Shown here in pieces: positions 20,338 to 30,216 of a DNA stretch of 42,559 nucleotides. The notes under the pieces are model-generated. The model searched no databases. It worked only from the letters and a program-made list of their open reading frames with translations, and was not told the origin of the DNA. This stretch comes from a virus (taxonomy: Duplodnaviria > Heunggongvirae > Uroviricota > Caudoviricetes). Each line of letters starts with the position of its first letter. The stretch's first letter is position 1. The stretch is from the IMG/VR virus record IMGVR_UViG_2872698443_000008; one strand, given 5' to 3'. Position numbers and translations under genes: made by a program.

Positions 20338-21024
20338 TTAGAAGTTCAGATTTTTCAGTGCATTCAGTGCAGAGCCCACATCCTCAGCGTCGCGCAGGGA
20401 CAGTGCGCCATAGCCCCCGGCCATGAATGCTTTGGCCTGGGTACGGGAGAGTCCGACATCACGCAGGACTCTTTCGATTTTTTTCTGTTCGGGGATTTCC
20501 CCGCGGGCCAGTGCGTTCTTGACGTCGCTGATCCGCGCCTCGTCGTTAGACGGGAACGTCACCAGGCTGACTTCCCAGAGGTCGATTTCTTTCAGCAGAA
20601 AGGCTTCTTTGCTCCGGTCGTATTCCCAGTCTTTCAGGACGTACCCAATAGAAAGGCCGGTTAACGAACCGGCCTTCATGTGTGCATGTGCGCGTTTTGC
20701 GAGGGGATCATCATCAATAAGCAACCGTCCCCTGACGTAAAGCCCGACATCGTCTTCCTTCATTTCGGTGTAAACACCGATGGGTTCATCCATGCGGTGC
20801 TGCCAGAGCAGCGCAGGTAACGCTTTTCTGTCACTCCACGCCCGCAGGGAAGCAGCAAATGCCCCGGACATCACCACATCATCGTGGCTGTCCTTTACAC
20901 CAAAGACGGAGCCATACCCTTCAAACTCACCGGAGTCACTGACAGATTTCAGACTCAGCGGTACATCAAGACGTTGTTTCGTCTGCATTGGCGTTATCCT
21001 TCTGCTTACCGGCTTTACTGCCAT
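20338..21024 (-). CDS. Prohead protease (HK97 family)
   Basis: 228 aa; ...GYGSVFGVKDSHDDVVMSGAFA... protease motif region; between portal and capsid. Confidence 0.8.
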   Translation of the reverse strand: MAVKPVSRRITPMQTKQRLDVPLSLKSVSDSGEFEGYGSVFGVKDSHDDVVMSGAFAASLRAWSDRKALPALLWQHRMDEPIGVYTEMKEDDVGLYVRGRLLIDDDPLAKRAHAHMKAGSLTGLSIGYVLKDWEYDRSKEAFLLKEIDLWEVSLVTFPSNDEARISDVKNALARGEIPEQKKIERVLRDVGLSRTQAKAFMAGGYGALSLRDAEDVGSALNALKNLNF

Positions 21025-22207
21025 CGGAGGGTTTCGTGGTCATGTTCATCGGTGTGAGATAGACATCACCACCGGGACGCGGATTCATATCTTCCAGGTC
21101 GCGGCAGTCATTGGGAGAGTAAATTCCCCAGTTAATCCCGGTGGCGTAGGCTTCAAAACGGGACTTCATATCCCCGCGCAGTAACGCCCCGGCGTTAAAT
21201 TTGGCGTAATAAACGCCCTGCTTACTTTTTCGTACCAGTCCGGTGTTGATCCGCTGTTCGATGCGGGTCAGATACGGCACCAGTGAATAGTTGATAAATC
21301 CAAGCCCCAGTTCTTCGATATTGTTGAAGGTGGCGCGATCGGTGTTCTGCACCATGTGCAACGGTACCCGGAACAGACGACAGATTTCTTCAAGTTGAAA
21401 CTTGCGGGTTTCCAGGAACTGGCTGTCCTCGGCGTTCAGCGCCATCGACTTCCAGTCCAGCCCCATCTCAAGGATCATCGGGCGGTGAGCATTGCCAAGC
21501 CCGGTGTGACGCTCCTCAAAATCTTTCTTCAGGCGCTCGTAAGCCTGATCTGACAGCGTCTGCTCTGTACGCAACACACCCGACGTCACCGCGCCATTGC
21601 TGAACAGTCTGGCCCCGTGCTCTTCGGTCGCTGCCGCCAGCGATATTGCCTCGCGGGCATAGGCGATGGGATTCAGCCCCACCAGTCCGTCCAGCGTCAG
21701 CGTGCGCACATGCCAGATATCCTCCTGGCTCAGTACATCCGTGGAGCCATCCGGGAATGTGACCTGATAGACCGGCTCCCAGCTACTGTTAAGCTTCGGT
21801 ACCACACAGCCGGGATCGACGGGCAGCAGTTCAGCCACTTCGCCAAATGCTTTCACTTTGTAGGCGTAAAAGTTTCCCCGCAGGCACAGACAGGTGACCA
21901 CCAGCTCCCAGAACTCCTGCGGCGTCATATAGCCATTGGGATGCGTGGAGATCAGCTTATGCAGACGTTCGCCAGTGGCTCTCTGCTTCAGGCTGCCGTT
22001 CAGGTGATACAGGTTGCAGGGCAACATCCCGACCGACTCCGCCAGCACCCTGACGCAGGAAAAAACCGCCGTCAGTCGCATGGCCCTCTGGCTGCTGATC
22101 TGCTTTCCGGTATAGGTGTCGTATGACAGCCCGATAGCATCCACCAGCTCTGCTGGCGTGGTCACCGGTGCGTCACTTTTTCGTTGAAATAATCCCGAAA
22201 AGAACAC
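20966..22207 (-). CDS. Portal protein
   Basis: 413 aa, downstream of terminase large subunit. Confidence 0.85.
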   Translation of the reverse strand: MFFSGLFQRKSDAPVTTPAELVDAIGLSYDTYTGKQISSQRAMRLTAVFSCVRVLAESVGMLPCNLYHLNGSLKQRATGERLHKLISTHPNGYMTPQEFWELVVTCLCLRGNFYAYKVKAFGEVAELLPVDPGCVVPKLNSSWEPVYQVTFPDGSTDVLSQEDIWHVRTLTLDGLVGLNPIAYAREAISLAAATEEHGARLFSNGAVTSGVLRTEQTLSDQAYERLKKDFEERHTGLGNAHRPMILEMGLDWKSMALNAEDSQFLETRKFQLEEICRLFRVPLHMVQNTDRATFNNIEELGLGFINYSLVPYLTRIEQRINTGLVRKSKQGVYYAKFNAGALLRGDMKSRFEAYATGINWGIYSPNDCRDLEDMNPRPGGDVYLTPMNMTTKPSDGSKAGKQKDNANADETTS

Positions 22208-22389
22208 TATTTACCTCCACCAACAGACATCTGTGTACGGTCGAGATATCGCGCTACCAGCCACGACCAGAACAGGCACAACGCCCCGGCAACAACAAAC
22301 CCCGCCGGGGGATAAATCAGCCAGGCACCATACGCCAGCAAAAGCACCCCCAGCACGCCCACCAGAGGCGCGAGAATCAGCATGATCAT
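22207..22389 (-). CDS. Small two-helix membrane protein
   Basis: 60 aa, [49 protein letters not shown]; AGGT 5 nt upstream of ATG; wedged between terminase and portal. Confidence 0.4.
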   Translation of the reverse strand: MIMLILAPLVGVLGVLLLAYGAWLIYPPAGFVVAGALCLFWSWLVARYLDRTQMSVGGGK

Positions 22390-22400
22390 AATTACCTCAG

Positions 22401-24134
22401 TTAAAGCGAGCGGATCCCGTAGGACTCAATGTGGTCGGACAGCGTGTCTTCTTTCTCATACAGCATGGCTCTGCCAACCGCCATAATCAGCGCAACTGCA
22501 CCATCGATTTTGTTTTCCGCCTGCTCTTTGACGGGCTTCACCACATCATCGTTACCCGGAATGGTTTTGCCGACCACGTTGCCGATACACCAGGTCATGA
22601 TGGGATTGCCGTCATGATGAAAGCGCCCCGATTCAATTGCCGCTTCCAGCTCTTTCATCGGGTCGGACATGTTGGTGTAGTTCTGAATGATGGTGATGGG
22701 ATTCAGGTCTTCATCAGCAAGGTCATGTGACAGCCCGGTCGCCCCGAAGGGGTCGATGGGTGACTCGCTGACCGGGCTGATTTTGTTCGCTGCTTTGGCC
22801 TCTTCGAGGATGTAGCGATAATCCACCTCTGCACCATCGGTAACGGTCAGGACGCCCATTTCCACCCATTTCTGAAAGCGTTCGGCTGTCCGGCGATCTT
22901 CATTTTTCTCGACGCTGTACACCGTGTCATACGGTACCCAGAAACGCGGGGCCACACTGTAGTAATGCGTTTTACCGTCAATCTCGCGGGTATAAAGTCG
23001 CGCCATGCTGTTCATATCCAGCTTACGCGCCAGGTCAAAGGCCAGAATGCACGGCTGCCCCTCGAACTGCTCAAGGGTCAGTGATTTATCCTCGCAGCTC
23101 TGCCAGCTCACCAGGTTGAAATACGCCGAACGCGCCGACACCCAGATATTGAGGTGTTTTGTTTTAAAGACGTTTGCCAGACGGGCGTTATTTTTCGCAC
23201 GCTGCTGCTGACTTAACAAAAATTCGCGATAAACCGACACGCCAATATTTGGATTGGCTTTTTCCAGCACCTGCGGGTCGGTCCAGTCGTCACCTTCATC
23301 AACGGTATAGATGATCCCGAACAGTTCATCGTTGGGCACCGAGCCGTTGAGCATCTCGATGACTTCCCGCCGCTTGTCGTAGCACGGCCCCTCAATGTTG
23401 TACCCGGCAGTAGTAATGGCCCACATCAGTGGCTGACGTCGCGCCCCCATCCCGGTAAGCATCGTGGTGTAAAGCGCATCGGTGGCGTGCTCGTGATATT
23501 CATCCACCACCGCACAGTGGGGTGATGATCCATCACCGGGGTTACCGATCAGCGGTTCAAACCGCGCGCCATCCTCCGGACGGTTCATGTTTGAGGCGTT
23601 AACCTCAATCCCGAACGCTTCCGTCAGCATGGGCGTGCGTTTACACATCAGTCGCGCCGGGCGAAAGACTTCCCACGCCTGTTTCTCTGTCGTGGCACCG
23701 GAATACACTTCCGCGCCAAACTCGTTATCACAGGCAAAACAATACAGGGCAACACCGGCAGAGATTGCCGATTTGCCGTTCTTACGGGGGATTTCGGTAT
23801 ACACCTCCCGGAAGCGGCGCAGCCGGGACCCTTTATTGACCCAGCCAAACGCACAGCAGACCACAAATAGCTGCCACGGCTCCAGCGTGATGGGCATCCT
23901 CTTGAATGCCCACTCACCCTTGGTGTGCGGCAACAGCTGAATAAATTTGGCGGCCCGTTCAGCCAGGTCCTTGTCGAAGCGGTAACGAAACGACTTACTT
24001 TTTTCCGCCATCAGGTCATCAAGATGGCGCTGGCAGGCCTGAATCACAAACTGGCAGGCCACAATCTTTCCGCGAACGACATCCCGGGCATACTGATTGG
24101 CAGCATTTACGTTGGGGTAAGATTTCCGGCTCAT
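22401..24134 (-). CDS. Terminase large subunit
   Basis: 577 aa with ATPase region (...[20 protein letters not shown]...) and nuclease C-terminus. Confidence 0.9.
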   Translation of the reverse strand: MSRKSYPNVNAANQYARDVVRGKIVACQFVIQACQRHLDDLMAEKSKSFRYRFDKDLAERAAKFIQLLPHTKGEWAFKRMPITLEPWQLFVVCCAFGWVNKGSRLRRFREVYTEIPRKNGKSAISAGVALYCFACDNEFGAEVYSGATTEKQAWEVFRPARLMCKRTPMLTEAFGIEVNASNMNRPEDGARFEPLIGNPGDGSSPHCAVVDEYHEHATDALYTTMLTGMGARRQPLMWAITTAGYNIEGPCYDKRREVIEMLNGSVPNDELFGIIYTVDEGDDWTDPQVLEKANPNIGVSVYREFLLSQQQRAKNNARLANVFKTKHLNIWVSARSAYFNLVSWQSCEDKSLTLEQFEGQPCILAFDLARKLDMNSMARLYTREIDGKTHYYSVAPRFWVPYDTVYSVEKNEDRRTAERFQKWVEMGVLTVTDGAEVDYRYILEEAKAANKISPVSESPIDPFGATGLSHDLADEDLNPITIIQNYTNMSDPMKELEAAIESGRFHHDGNPIMTWCIGNVVGKTIPGNDDVVKPVKEQAENKIDGAVALIMAVGRAMLYEKEDTLSDHIESYGIRSL

Positions 24135-24634
24135 GATTCGATGATTTTCAGAAACGGGTTAGTAGCTTTCTTCTGCCCCGCCAGGCCAATCAGACGCTGG
24201 CGGCTGCTGGGGTCGAGTCCGAGCATTGCCCCCGTGCTGCTCATCTCGGACTCCTGTTCTTTTTTGGCGGTCAGCTCAGGATTTTTGACCATACCGCCCA
24301 TTGCACCGGTGATGGTGTTGCCCTGTCTGGCAATATTTTTCACGGCACGTCGCCAGAACTCATAGGCCACACACCACCGCTCAAGCACCGCGAGGTCAGT
24401 CACGCACAGCAGGCCCTGACCGCAAAGTTCTTTAGTTGTCAATTGCCACATGATCGTGGCGAGAGGGAGATCTTCTTCAGCGAACCACTCCGGTGGCTCA
24501 ACACCTTTGATGGGCGTAAAAACAGGTTCATCTTTATTCAGGGCTCGCTTGCCGGGGTTTCCGGCCAGCGCCTTGCGCGCCGTTGGCTTGGGGCGACGCC
24601 CGGAACGCCCCGCCGTTCCAGCCATATGCGGCAC
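24131..24634 (-). CDS. Terminase small subunit
   Basis: 167 aa, basic N-terminus, ATGA overlap with the large subunit gene. Confidence 0.8.
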   Translation of the reverse strand: MPHMAGTAGRSGRRPKPTARKALAGNPGKRALNKDEPVFTPIKGVEPPEWFAEEDLPLATIMWQLTTKELCGQGLLCVTDLAVLERWCVAYEFWRRAVKNIARQGNTITGAMGGMVKNPELTAKKEQESEMSSTGAMLGLDPSSRQRLIGLAGQKKATNPFLKIIES

Positions 24635-24675
24635 TCCTGGTTAAATTTCATTTTTCGCGGGTATAAAAAAACGAT

Positions 24676-24724
24676 GGGGCGGGCAGTCCGGAAGACGTCA
24701 GGTCACAGGGATTTGACCCGCCCC
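24676..24724. promoter_or_regulatory. GC-rich palindrome between HNH and terminase small subunit (candidate cos/packaging site)
   Basis: GGGGCGGG (24676-24683) ... CCCGCCCC (24717-24724) perfect 8-bp inverted arms around a 33-bp spacer. Confidence 0.3.
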
Positions 24725-24750
24725 TCCCCTCTGGCAGTGGGAACTGGTTC

Positions 24751-25101
24751 TTACTTAATCCGTTCACGGGCCGTCTTCGCCTTATGACACGGCCAGCACA
24801 GACTCTGTAGGTTACTGTCTGCATCGGTGCCGCCATGCGCTTTAGGGATGATGTGGTCAACGGTTTTCGCCTCGCGCACCACACCGGCACGCAGGCACAA
24901 CTGGCACAGGCCTTTGTCACGCTTCAGCACACGCGCGCGGATAACGTCCCACTTCGAACCATAACCGCGCTGATGACGGGACTGGCCAGACTTGTATTGC
25001 TTCCAGCCTTCGCTTTTGTGGCTTTCGCAGTAGCCTGATGGGTCAGTCGTGGTATGGCGGCAGCCGCGAACGCGGCAGGCTTTTGGGGTTCGTGGAGGCA
25101 T
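24751..25101 (-). CDS. HNH endonuclease (terminase-associated)
   Basis: 116 aa, Cys-rich with ...VDHIIPKAHGGTDADSNLQSLCWPCHKAKT... HNH motif. Confidence 0.85.
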   Translation of the reverse strand: MPPRTPKACRVRGCRHTTTDPSGYCESHKSEGWKQYKSGQSRHQRGYGSKWDVIRARVLKRDKGLCQLCLRAGVVREAKTVDHIIPKAHGGTDADSNLQSLCWPCHKAKTARERIK

Positions 25102-25228
25102 CTATTATCCCTGTAGTTTTCGTTAAATATCTAACCATAACTGCAATCAGAAACCGCTTTAACACGGTTTGCTAAATAGACTTTTCAATCCAATGAATAA
25201 ACGGCAAGTAAATACCAATCGTTCATTT

Positions 25229-25675
25229 TCATTTGAATACAAACTGTTCTGAAAGAATATTATGACAAATATATTTCGCCTGAATACTATTATCTCTCAT
25301 TCTAATATATTCTTTGTGGGCAACAGATAAAGAACGACAACCGCTGTTTACACGTGGGTATTTTTCCAACATATGTTCGCATATCAAAAAAGCATTATTA
25401 ATAGCATTTAATTTATGGCTTAACTCTCGTAGCTCGGCCCTTTTTTCAATACGAACATTACGACTAAGAGATAAAGGTAGCTGTGATAATGCATTTGAAT
25501 AATCAGCCACTGCCATTTTCAGAGCCATTTTGGCCTTCAGAGCCTCCTGTCGCCGCCAAACATTCATTGCCCAAAAACCTAATGTAACAGTTACAATTGA
25601 ACCTAAAGCCGATACAGCTGACCACACAGTTCCCCAAGGCCAGTTAAGTAATGTATGCCACATCATAACCTCCAC
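25229..25675 (-). CDS. Low-GC membrane-anchored hypothetical protein (moron)
   Basis: 148 aa; N-terminal hydrophobic helix WGTVWSAVSALGSIVTVTLGFWAMNVW; AT-rich, with a 350-bp AT-rich upstream region. Confidence 0.5.
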   Translation of the reverse strand: MEVMMWHTLLNWPWGTVWSAVSALGSIVTVTLGFWAMNVWRRQEALKAKMALKMAVADYSNALSQLPLSLSRNVRIEKRAELRELSHKLNAINNAFLICEHMLEKYPRVNSGCRSLSVAHKEYIRMRDNSIQAKYICHNILSEQFVFK

Positions 25676-26031
25676 TGAATGAAAAGGTTAGTTTATCGTA
25701 AGTGAACATCACTGGCACTATCTAAAGATTAGCTGCTCTACTAGTTGTACTCTCGATAATCTAAACAAAATGATACGTAATAAACCTGTTCATGACTAGC
25801 TCTACTAGACACATGTTTAATCATCTACAAACGATTTGTACAAACTTCCACTTTCATATTGGTCCAAAATGTTGGACTAATAGTTAATCACGATGCATAT
25901 TTTATGTAAGCTGCTACATTACACTATAAAAACGCTGGCGTCTGAATTTAAGCCCATAAGTTTTATAAAATTATCATAATACACAGCTTTATTAGGCGCA
26001 TTCGCACTGATAATGAAAAATATAACTCGAG

Positions 26032-26304
26032 CTATTTGTCTTTCGAATGCAAAATAGCGCGCCGTGATTCAATCTTTCTGATTCCAGTTTTATCAAAATT
26101 ACATTGTCCCAAGGCTGACAATAGAGCAACATTCAACTCCAGACTGGTACCATACGTCAGCGGATTGGGTATAAACGGTACAGGAGTATCAGAAGTCAGG
26201 CTGGCTGGCAGTGGTGCCACCGGAGCGCTCACGTAAACCGTTCGCGAATTTCCGCAACCGGTCAGCAGCGGCAGCAGGCACAGGACGTGAAGCACAATCA
26301 TCAT
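26032..26304 (-). CDS. Rz1-like outer-membrane spanin (lipoprotein)
   Basis: Internal start MMIVLHVLCLLPLLTGC (lipobox LTGC), overlapping the Rz gene out of frame. Confidence 0.6.
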   Translation of the reverse strand: MMIVLHVLCLLPLLTGCGNSRTVYVSAPVAPLPASLTSDTPVPFIPNPLTYGTSLELNVALLSALGQCNFDKTGIRKIESRRAILHSKDK

Positions 26305-26581
26305 CCGCAACAGCCACTTTGATATCTTCCTGGGTTCTCTGTGACTCCAGTGCGATCTGCTGTTTTGCATGCTGGTTAACCTCTATAACTGTATTGACGA
26401 TTTGCAGTGATTGCAGGACGTTACGGGTAATGGCTGTTGCAGATTCAACATTTTGTACAGCCTCATCAGCACGTTTCTTTTCGTGCTGATATTTGCTGTA
26501 GTAGTGGTTGGCAGACCAGATGAAAGAACCGATGACAGTAAAGAAGAATGCAGCGATAACCAGCTTATAGCTCAACTTCAT
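26189..26581 (-). CDS. Rz-like inner-membrane spanin
   Basis: 130 aa, N-terminal TM then coiled region; follows endolysin. Confidence 0.7.
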   Translation of the reverse strand: MKLSYKLVIAAFFFTVIGSFIWSANHYYSKYQHEKKRADEAVQNVESATAITRNVLQSLQIVNTVIEVNQHAKQQIALESQRTQEDIKVAVADDDCASRPVPAAAADRLRKFANGLRERSGGTTASQPDF

Positions 26582-27041
26582 TTACCACCCCACCAGCCTC
26601 TTTAAACCGGGAAATCAGGTCACCGATTTTATGTTCATACTGACCGTAACCTGCACCAGGTAACGACGCCCAGATATTGCTGCAACGATCGATAGCCTGA
26701 CGGATATCACCGCGATCAATCATCGGTAAAGCGCCACGCTCTTTAATCTGCTGCAATGCCACTGCGTCCTGGCTTTTGGGGGAGAAGTCTTTCAAACCAA
26801 GCTGTTTACGGTAAGCATCCCACCAGCGTGAAAGAAGCTGATAACGTCCGGCGGCTGTTGATTTGAGTTTGGGGTTTAACGTGACAAGTTTGCGAGGGTG
26901 ATCAGAGTAATCAGTAAACAGTTCGCCGCCAACAATAACATCATAACCGTGGTTACGTGTCGGTTGTCGCCCGTTATCCGTTCCTTCTGACCATGCAACC
27001 ATATCCAGGAAAGCTTTACGCTGGGAATTTAGTACCTGCAT
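26565..27041 (-). CDS. Endolysin (lambda R-like lytic transglycosylase)
   Basis: 158 aa, ...NSQRKAFLDMVAWSEGTDNGRQPTRNHGYDVIVGGELFTDYSDHPR... closely resembles lambda R. Confidence 0.9.
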   Translation of the reverse strand: MQVLNSQRKAFLDMVAWSEGTDNGRQPTRNHGYDVIVGGELFTDYSDHPRKLVTLNPKLKSTAAGRYQLLSRWWDAYRKQLGLKDFSPKSQDAVALQQIKERGALPMIDRGDIRQAIDRCSNIWASLPGAGYGQYEHKIGDLISRFKEAGGVVNEVEL

Positions 27042-27044
27042 AAA

Positions 27045-27380
27045 TTACTCCTTCGAGCTACCAAACTTGTTACCGATTACTCTCATTGCAGCCCCACGAA
27101 TAGCATCGACACCGATCAGCCCCACCCCACCACCAATGGCAACAGAAAGCGATTTAGGCCATCCGACATACTCAAGCGCGGATGCAAAGGTCAACGTCAG
27201 AGCGCCACATAGCAAAATCTCGAGCGTTTTTCGCTTCCAGCCACCACCACCGCCAAAATAGGCGATGCGCAAACCAGCCATAACAATCGACATAATCACT
27301 GCGCCCAGCGGCGTATCTCCACGCCACCAGCTCTGAAACAACTCCAGCCAGTCCGGCCAGGTATTTGGGTTATGAGGCAT
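27045..27380 (-). CDS. Putative holin
   Basis: About 111 aa from internal Met (MPHNPNTWPDW...) chosen because the longer ORF would run through the terminator; hydrophobic segments; immediately upstream of endolysin. Confidence 0.5.
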   Translation of the reverse strand: MPHNPNTWPDWLELFQSWWRGDTPLGAVIMSIVMAGLRIAYFGGGGGWKRKTLEILLCGALTLTFASALEYVGWPKSLSVAIGGGVGLIGVDAIRGAAMRVIGNKFGSSKE

Positions 27381-27420
27381 TTCGTCATCTCTCACCTCGC
27401 GATATTTGCGGGTGCTGTGT

Positions 27421-27449
27421 TGGAAATAAAAAGGCCACGCAACGTGGCC
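27421..27449 (-). terminator. Intrinsic terminator after the methyltransferase gene
   Basis: Minus strand reads GGCCACG-TTG-CGTGGCC followed by TTTTTATTT. Confidence 0.6.
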
Positions 27450-27456
27450 ACCAGAA

Positions 27457-28509
27457 TTATTTCCCCACCAGTTCACTTACCTCTTTCACCGTCTGATTAA
27501 ACCGCTCTGACTCAAGTTCAACACCTAACGCCCGACGCCCCAGCGCCATTGCCGCTTTTATTGTGGAACCGGATCCCATAAAGAAATCAGCAACCAGATC
27601 GCCTTGTCGACTACTGGCACTGATTATTTGCCGGAGCATATCCGCAGGCTTCTCACACGGATGTTTACCCGGGTAGAACTGAACGGGTTTATGCGTCCAG
27701 ACGTCGGTATAAGGCACGGAAACTGATACGGAGAAATAGCGCCGGAGAGTTTTAAACTCATCCAGCAATTCATAATATTTGCGATTCAGTGAATCATAAG
27801 ATGCCACCAGCTGGTGGTGTGGTTGTTCCAGTTGTTGTTCCTGAAACTTCTCTGCCGCTATACGGGAAAACAGTGCCTGCAACTTCCGGTAGTCAGCCTC
27901 ATTCGGCAACTGCCACTGACTGGCACCAAACCAGTGGGAAACCATATTTTTCTTACCAGTGGCTTCGGCAATCTGTTTTGCCGTTATACCCAGTTCGGCA
28001 CGAGCATCCCTGAAATACGATATCAGCGGTGCCATTATGTGCTGTTTGAGTTCCCTTTCTTTTGCCGCATAGCCGTCACTTTTGCCGCGATATGGCCCCT
28101 GGTAATGTTCAGCAAACAGAACGCGCTCTGTGGCAGGAAAATATGCGCGCAGACTTTCTTTATTACACCCATTCCAACGTCCGGACGGCTTCGCCCAGAT
28201 GATATGGTTAAGCACGTTGAAACGTTCACGCATCATGATCTCAATATCAGATGCCAGGCGATGCCCACAGAACAGGTAAAGGCTTCCGGCAGGTTTCAAC
28301 ACCCGCCAGAACTGGGCCAGACAGTGGTCCAGCCACTTAAGGTAATCTTCGTCCCCTTTCCACTGATTGTCCCAGCCGTTGGGTTTCACCTTGAAGTAAG
28401 GCGGATCGGTAACAATCAGGTCAATGGAATCATCAGGCAGGGACTGAATAAAATGCAGGCAATCAGCGTTGATTAAATCAACACTGTTTATTTTTACAGT
28501 ATTTTTCAT
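27457..28509 (-). CDS. DNA methyltransferase (DPPY motif, N6A/N4C class)
   Basis: 350 aa; LIVTDPPYF near N-terminus, FMGSGST near C-terminus; no adjacent endonuclease. Confidence 0.85.
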   Translation of the reverse strand: MKNTVKINSVDLINADCLHFIQSLPDDSIDLIVTDPPYFKVKPNGWDNQWKGDEDYLKWLDHCLAQFWRVLKPAGSLYLFCGHRLASDIEIMMRERFNVLNHIIWAKPSGRWNGCNKESLRAYFPATERVLFAEHYQGPYRGKSDGYAAKERELKQHIMAPLISYFRDARAELGITAKQIAEATGKKNMVSHWFGASQWQLPNEADYRKLQALFSRIAAEKFQEQQLEQPHHQLVASYDSLNRKYYELLDEFKTLRRYFSVSVSVPYTDVWTHKPVQFYPGKHPCEKPADMLRQIISASSRQGDLVADFFMGSGSTIKAAMALGRRALGVELESERFNQTVKEVSELVGK

Positions 28510-28659
28510 GGATCAGTAAGCGTAACTCTGGTAGGCTCACTCTGCTTTTGCGCTAAAGCAGTGGGCCGTGGTTCGCTTGTGACCAGTAGGCATGAGCGAA
28601 TGGCTGGCAGGTGCTACCAACACCCACCAGCCGCCCATTTTCACAGCAGGAAACCGCCA

Positions 28660-28887
28660 TTACTGGCAGCGTCTGAATTTATTCCCGTACCCGCCGTTAT
28701 CCTTCGCCAGACCCGCCAGAACTAACTGAGTCAGTATTAACTGGCACCGGGCTTCGCTTACTCCGGTAGTTCTCGTCATCATGCGTGGCGTTACCCACTT
28801 GTCAGCAGGTAAGAAATGAAGGACTGCGGCGGCGGTTTCTGTCATATCTTGCTGTTTTAGCATGTCTTTTTCCCTTCTGGTTAACAT
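28660..28887 (-). CDS. Small hypothetical protein
   Basis: 75 aa ORF between late-promoter region and methyltransferase. Confidence 0.35.
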   Translation of the reverse strand: MLTRREKDMLKQQDMTETAAAVLHFLPADKWVTPRMMTRTTGVSEARCQLILTQLVLAGLAKDNGGYGNKFRRCQ

Positions 28888-29182
28888 GACATACCAATAA
28901 CTCTTGTCTAAAAAGCCAGCAAGATAAAAAGTCAGTATTCACGACCACCAGCGTGTTTACTGTGCTGCACCAAGTTTACAGGTACAAAAAAACCGCTCAG
29001 CGGCGGGTTTAAGTTGTGTGGCGAAGTAACCACTCTTAACACAGTAATCTAGAAAATGCGGACCGCGTTAGTGATTTTTATCTGTTTTTCCATTATTTTT
29101 TTGCCACACAGCTTAAAACGAAAAATAAAGCAGGCGTTGCCAAACCTCACGGTGACAGTTGGCTTAGAATGAGGACATATTT
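28888..29182. promoter_or_regulatory. AT-rich intergenic region downstream of Q: expected late promoter/terminator region and promoter of the reverse-oriented gene
   Basis: Position after the Q gene; minus-strand hairpin CCGC-TGA-GCGG followed by T7 (about 28986-29003); GAGGA 7 nt before the TTG start at 29183. Confidence 0.35.
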
Positions 29183-30202
29183 TTGGATAAGTTTGATGAG
29201 ATTCATGTAGACATTGAATCTGAGCAGCAAGCCTTCGATTTGCTTGAAAGCTATCTTGATGGTTATGGTTTACCTGACAGTTTAAGTTTCAACGGATGGC
29301 CAAACCTTACCATCAGATTAACCGGTGAAAAATTCAACAGATCGCTAACACCTTCAGTTATGAAGGGATTTGTTGAAATGCAAGCTCAAATCAACAAATC
29401 ATATGCCCTTGCCAAGTACGGTGTCCCTGACGTCCGCAAACTGACCAAAGAAGAACTTGATGCCCTAGAAATAGAAGTTACGGTAGAACAGGGTTCTTCA
29501 ATAGTAGAAATCAACATTGATGGCTTTTTAACCAAACTCACACAGGAACTTGTTGGTAAAATGAACGCAACTGAGATCATGTTTACTGTTCTCGGCGCAG
29601 CAGTCATCTGGGGCGGAGTAACAGTATTTAAACGGTTCTTGGACAACCGTAAAGATATTCGCCTTGCAGAAATTGCTAAGGATGGAGAGAAAGAACATCT
29701 CCGGACTATGCAGATCATGAGCGAGCAAGAAACTAAACGCCTGCGGGTTATTTCAGAAATGATTGCGGAAAAACCACTTCTCGATAACATGGACCGTATG
29801 TCGTATGACGCTAAAACCCAAATGGTCAAATCCTTTGTGCGTTCAGATAACGCTCAAATTGATGGCGTTACTATTGATTCTGAAATGGCGAAAGAGTTGG
29901 TTACGAATGCTCGTAGACGTTCATCAGAAATGAGGATTGATGGTATTTACCGAATTGAAGAAGTCAATAATACTGACCCAGAGAGTTTCAAAGTTAAGGT
30001 CCGACGCGTAGATACCGACCAACGTCTAACCTGCGTAGTTCAGGATGTTTTCCTTGATGAATCCGGAAACAAAGAAGCATTGCAGCGAGCTGAGTGGGAA
30101 AGAAAGCCTGTACATTTGAGCATTAACGCAAAACACGTCGATGGTGACATTAAGTCAGCAGTAATTCTCTATGTTCGAGATGTGGAACAAAAGCCCGAGT
30201 AA
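29183..30202 (+). CDS. Reverse-oriented low-GC protein with single central transmembrane helix (339 aa)
   Basis: Long ORF opposite to all neighbours; TTG start with GAGGA at 29171-29175; central hydrophobic segment ATEIMFTVLGAAVIWGGVTVF. Confidence 0.6.
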   Translation: MDKFDEIHVDIESEQQAFDLLESYLDGYGLPDSLSFNGWPNLTIRLTGEKFNRSLTPSVMKGFVEMQAQINKSYALAKYGVPDVRKLTKEELDALEIEVTVEQGSSIVEINIDGFLTKLTQELVGKMNATEIMFTVLGAAVIWGGVTVFKRFLDNRKDIRLAEIAKDGEKEHLRTMQIMSEQETKRLRVISEMIAEKPLLDNMDRMSYDAKTQMVKSFVRSDNAQIDGVTIDSEMAKELVTNARRRSSEMRIDGIYRIEEVNNTDPESFKVKVRRVDTDQRLTCVVQDVFLDESGNKEALQRAEWERKPVHLSINAKHVDGDIKSAVILYVRDVEQKPE

Positions 30203-30216
30203 TCGGGCTTCAATAA

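Noticed and set aside
28510-28660. Possible tRNA or small RNA in the gap upstream of the DPPY methyltransferase
   Set aside because: No cloverleaf-compatible acceptor/T-arm pairing found by eye; treated as untranslated leader.
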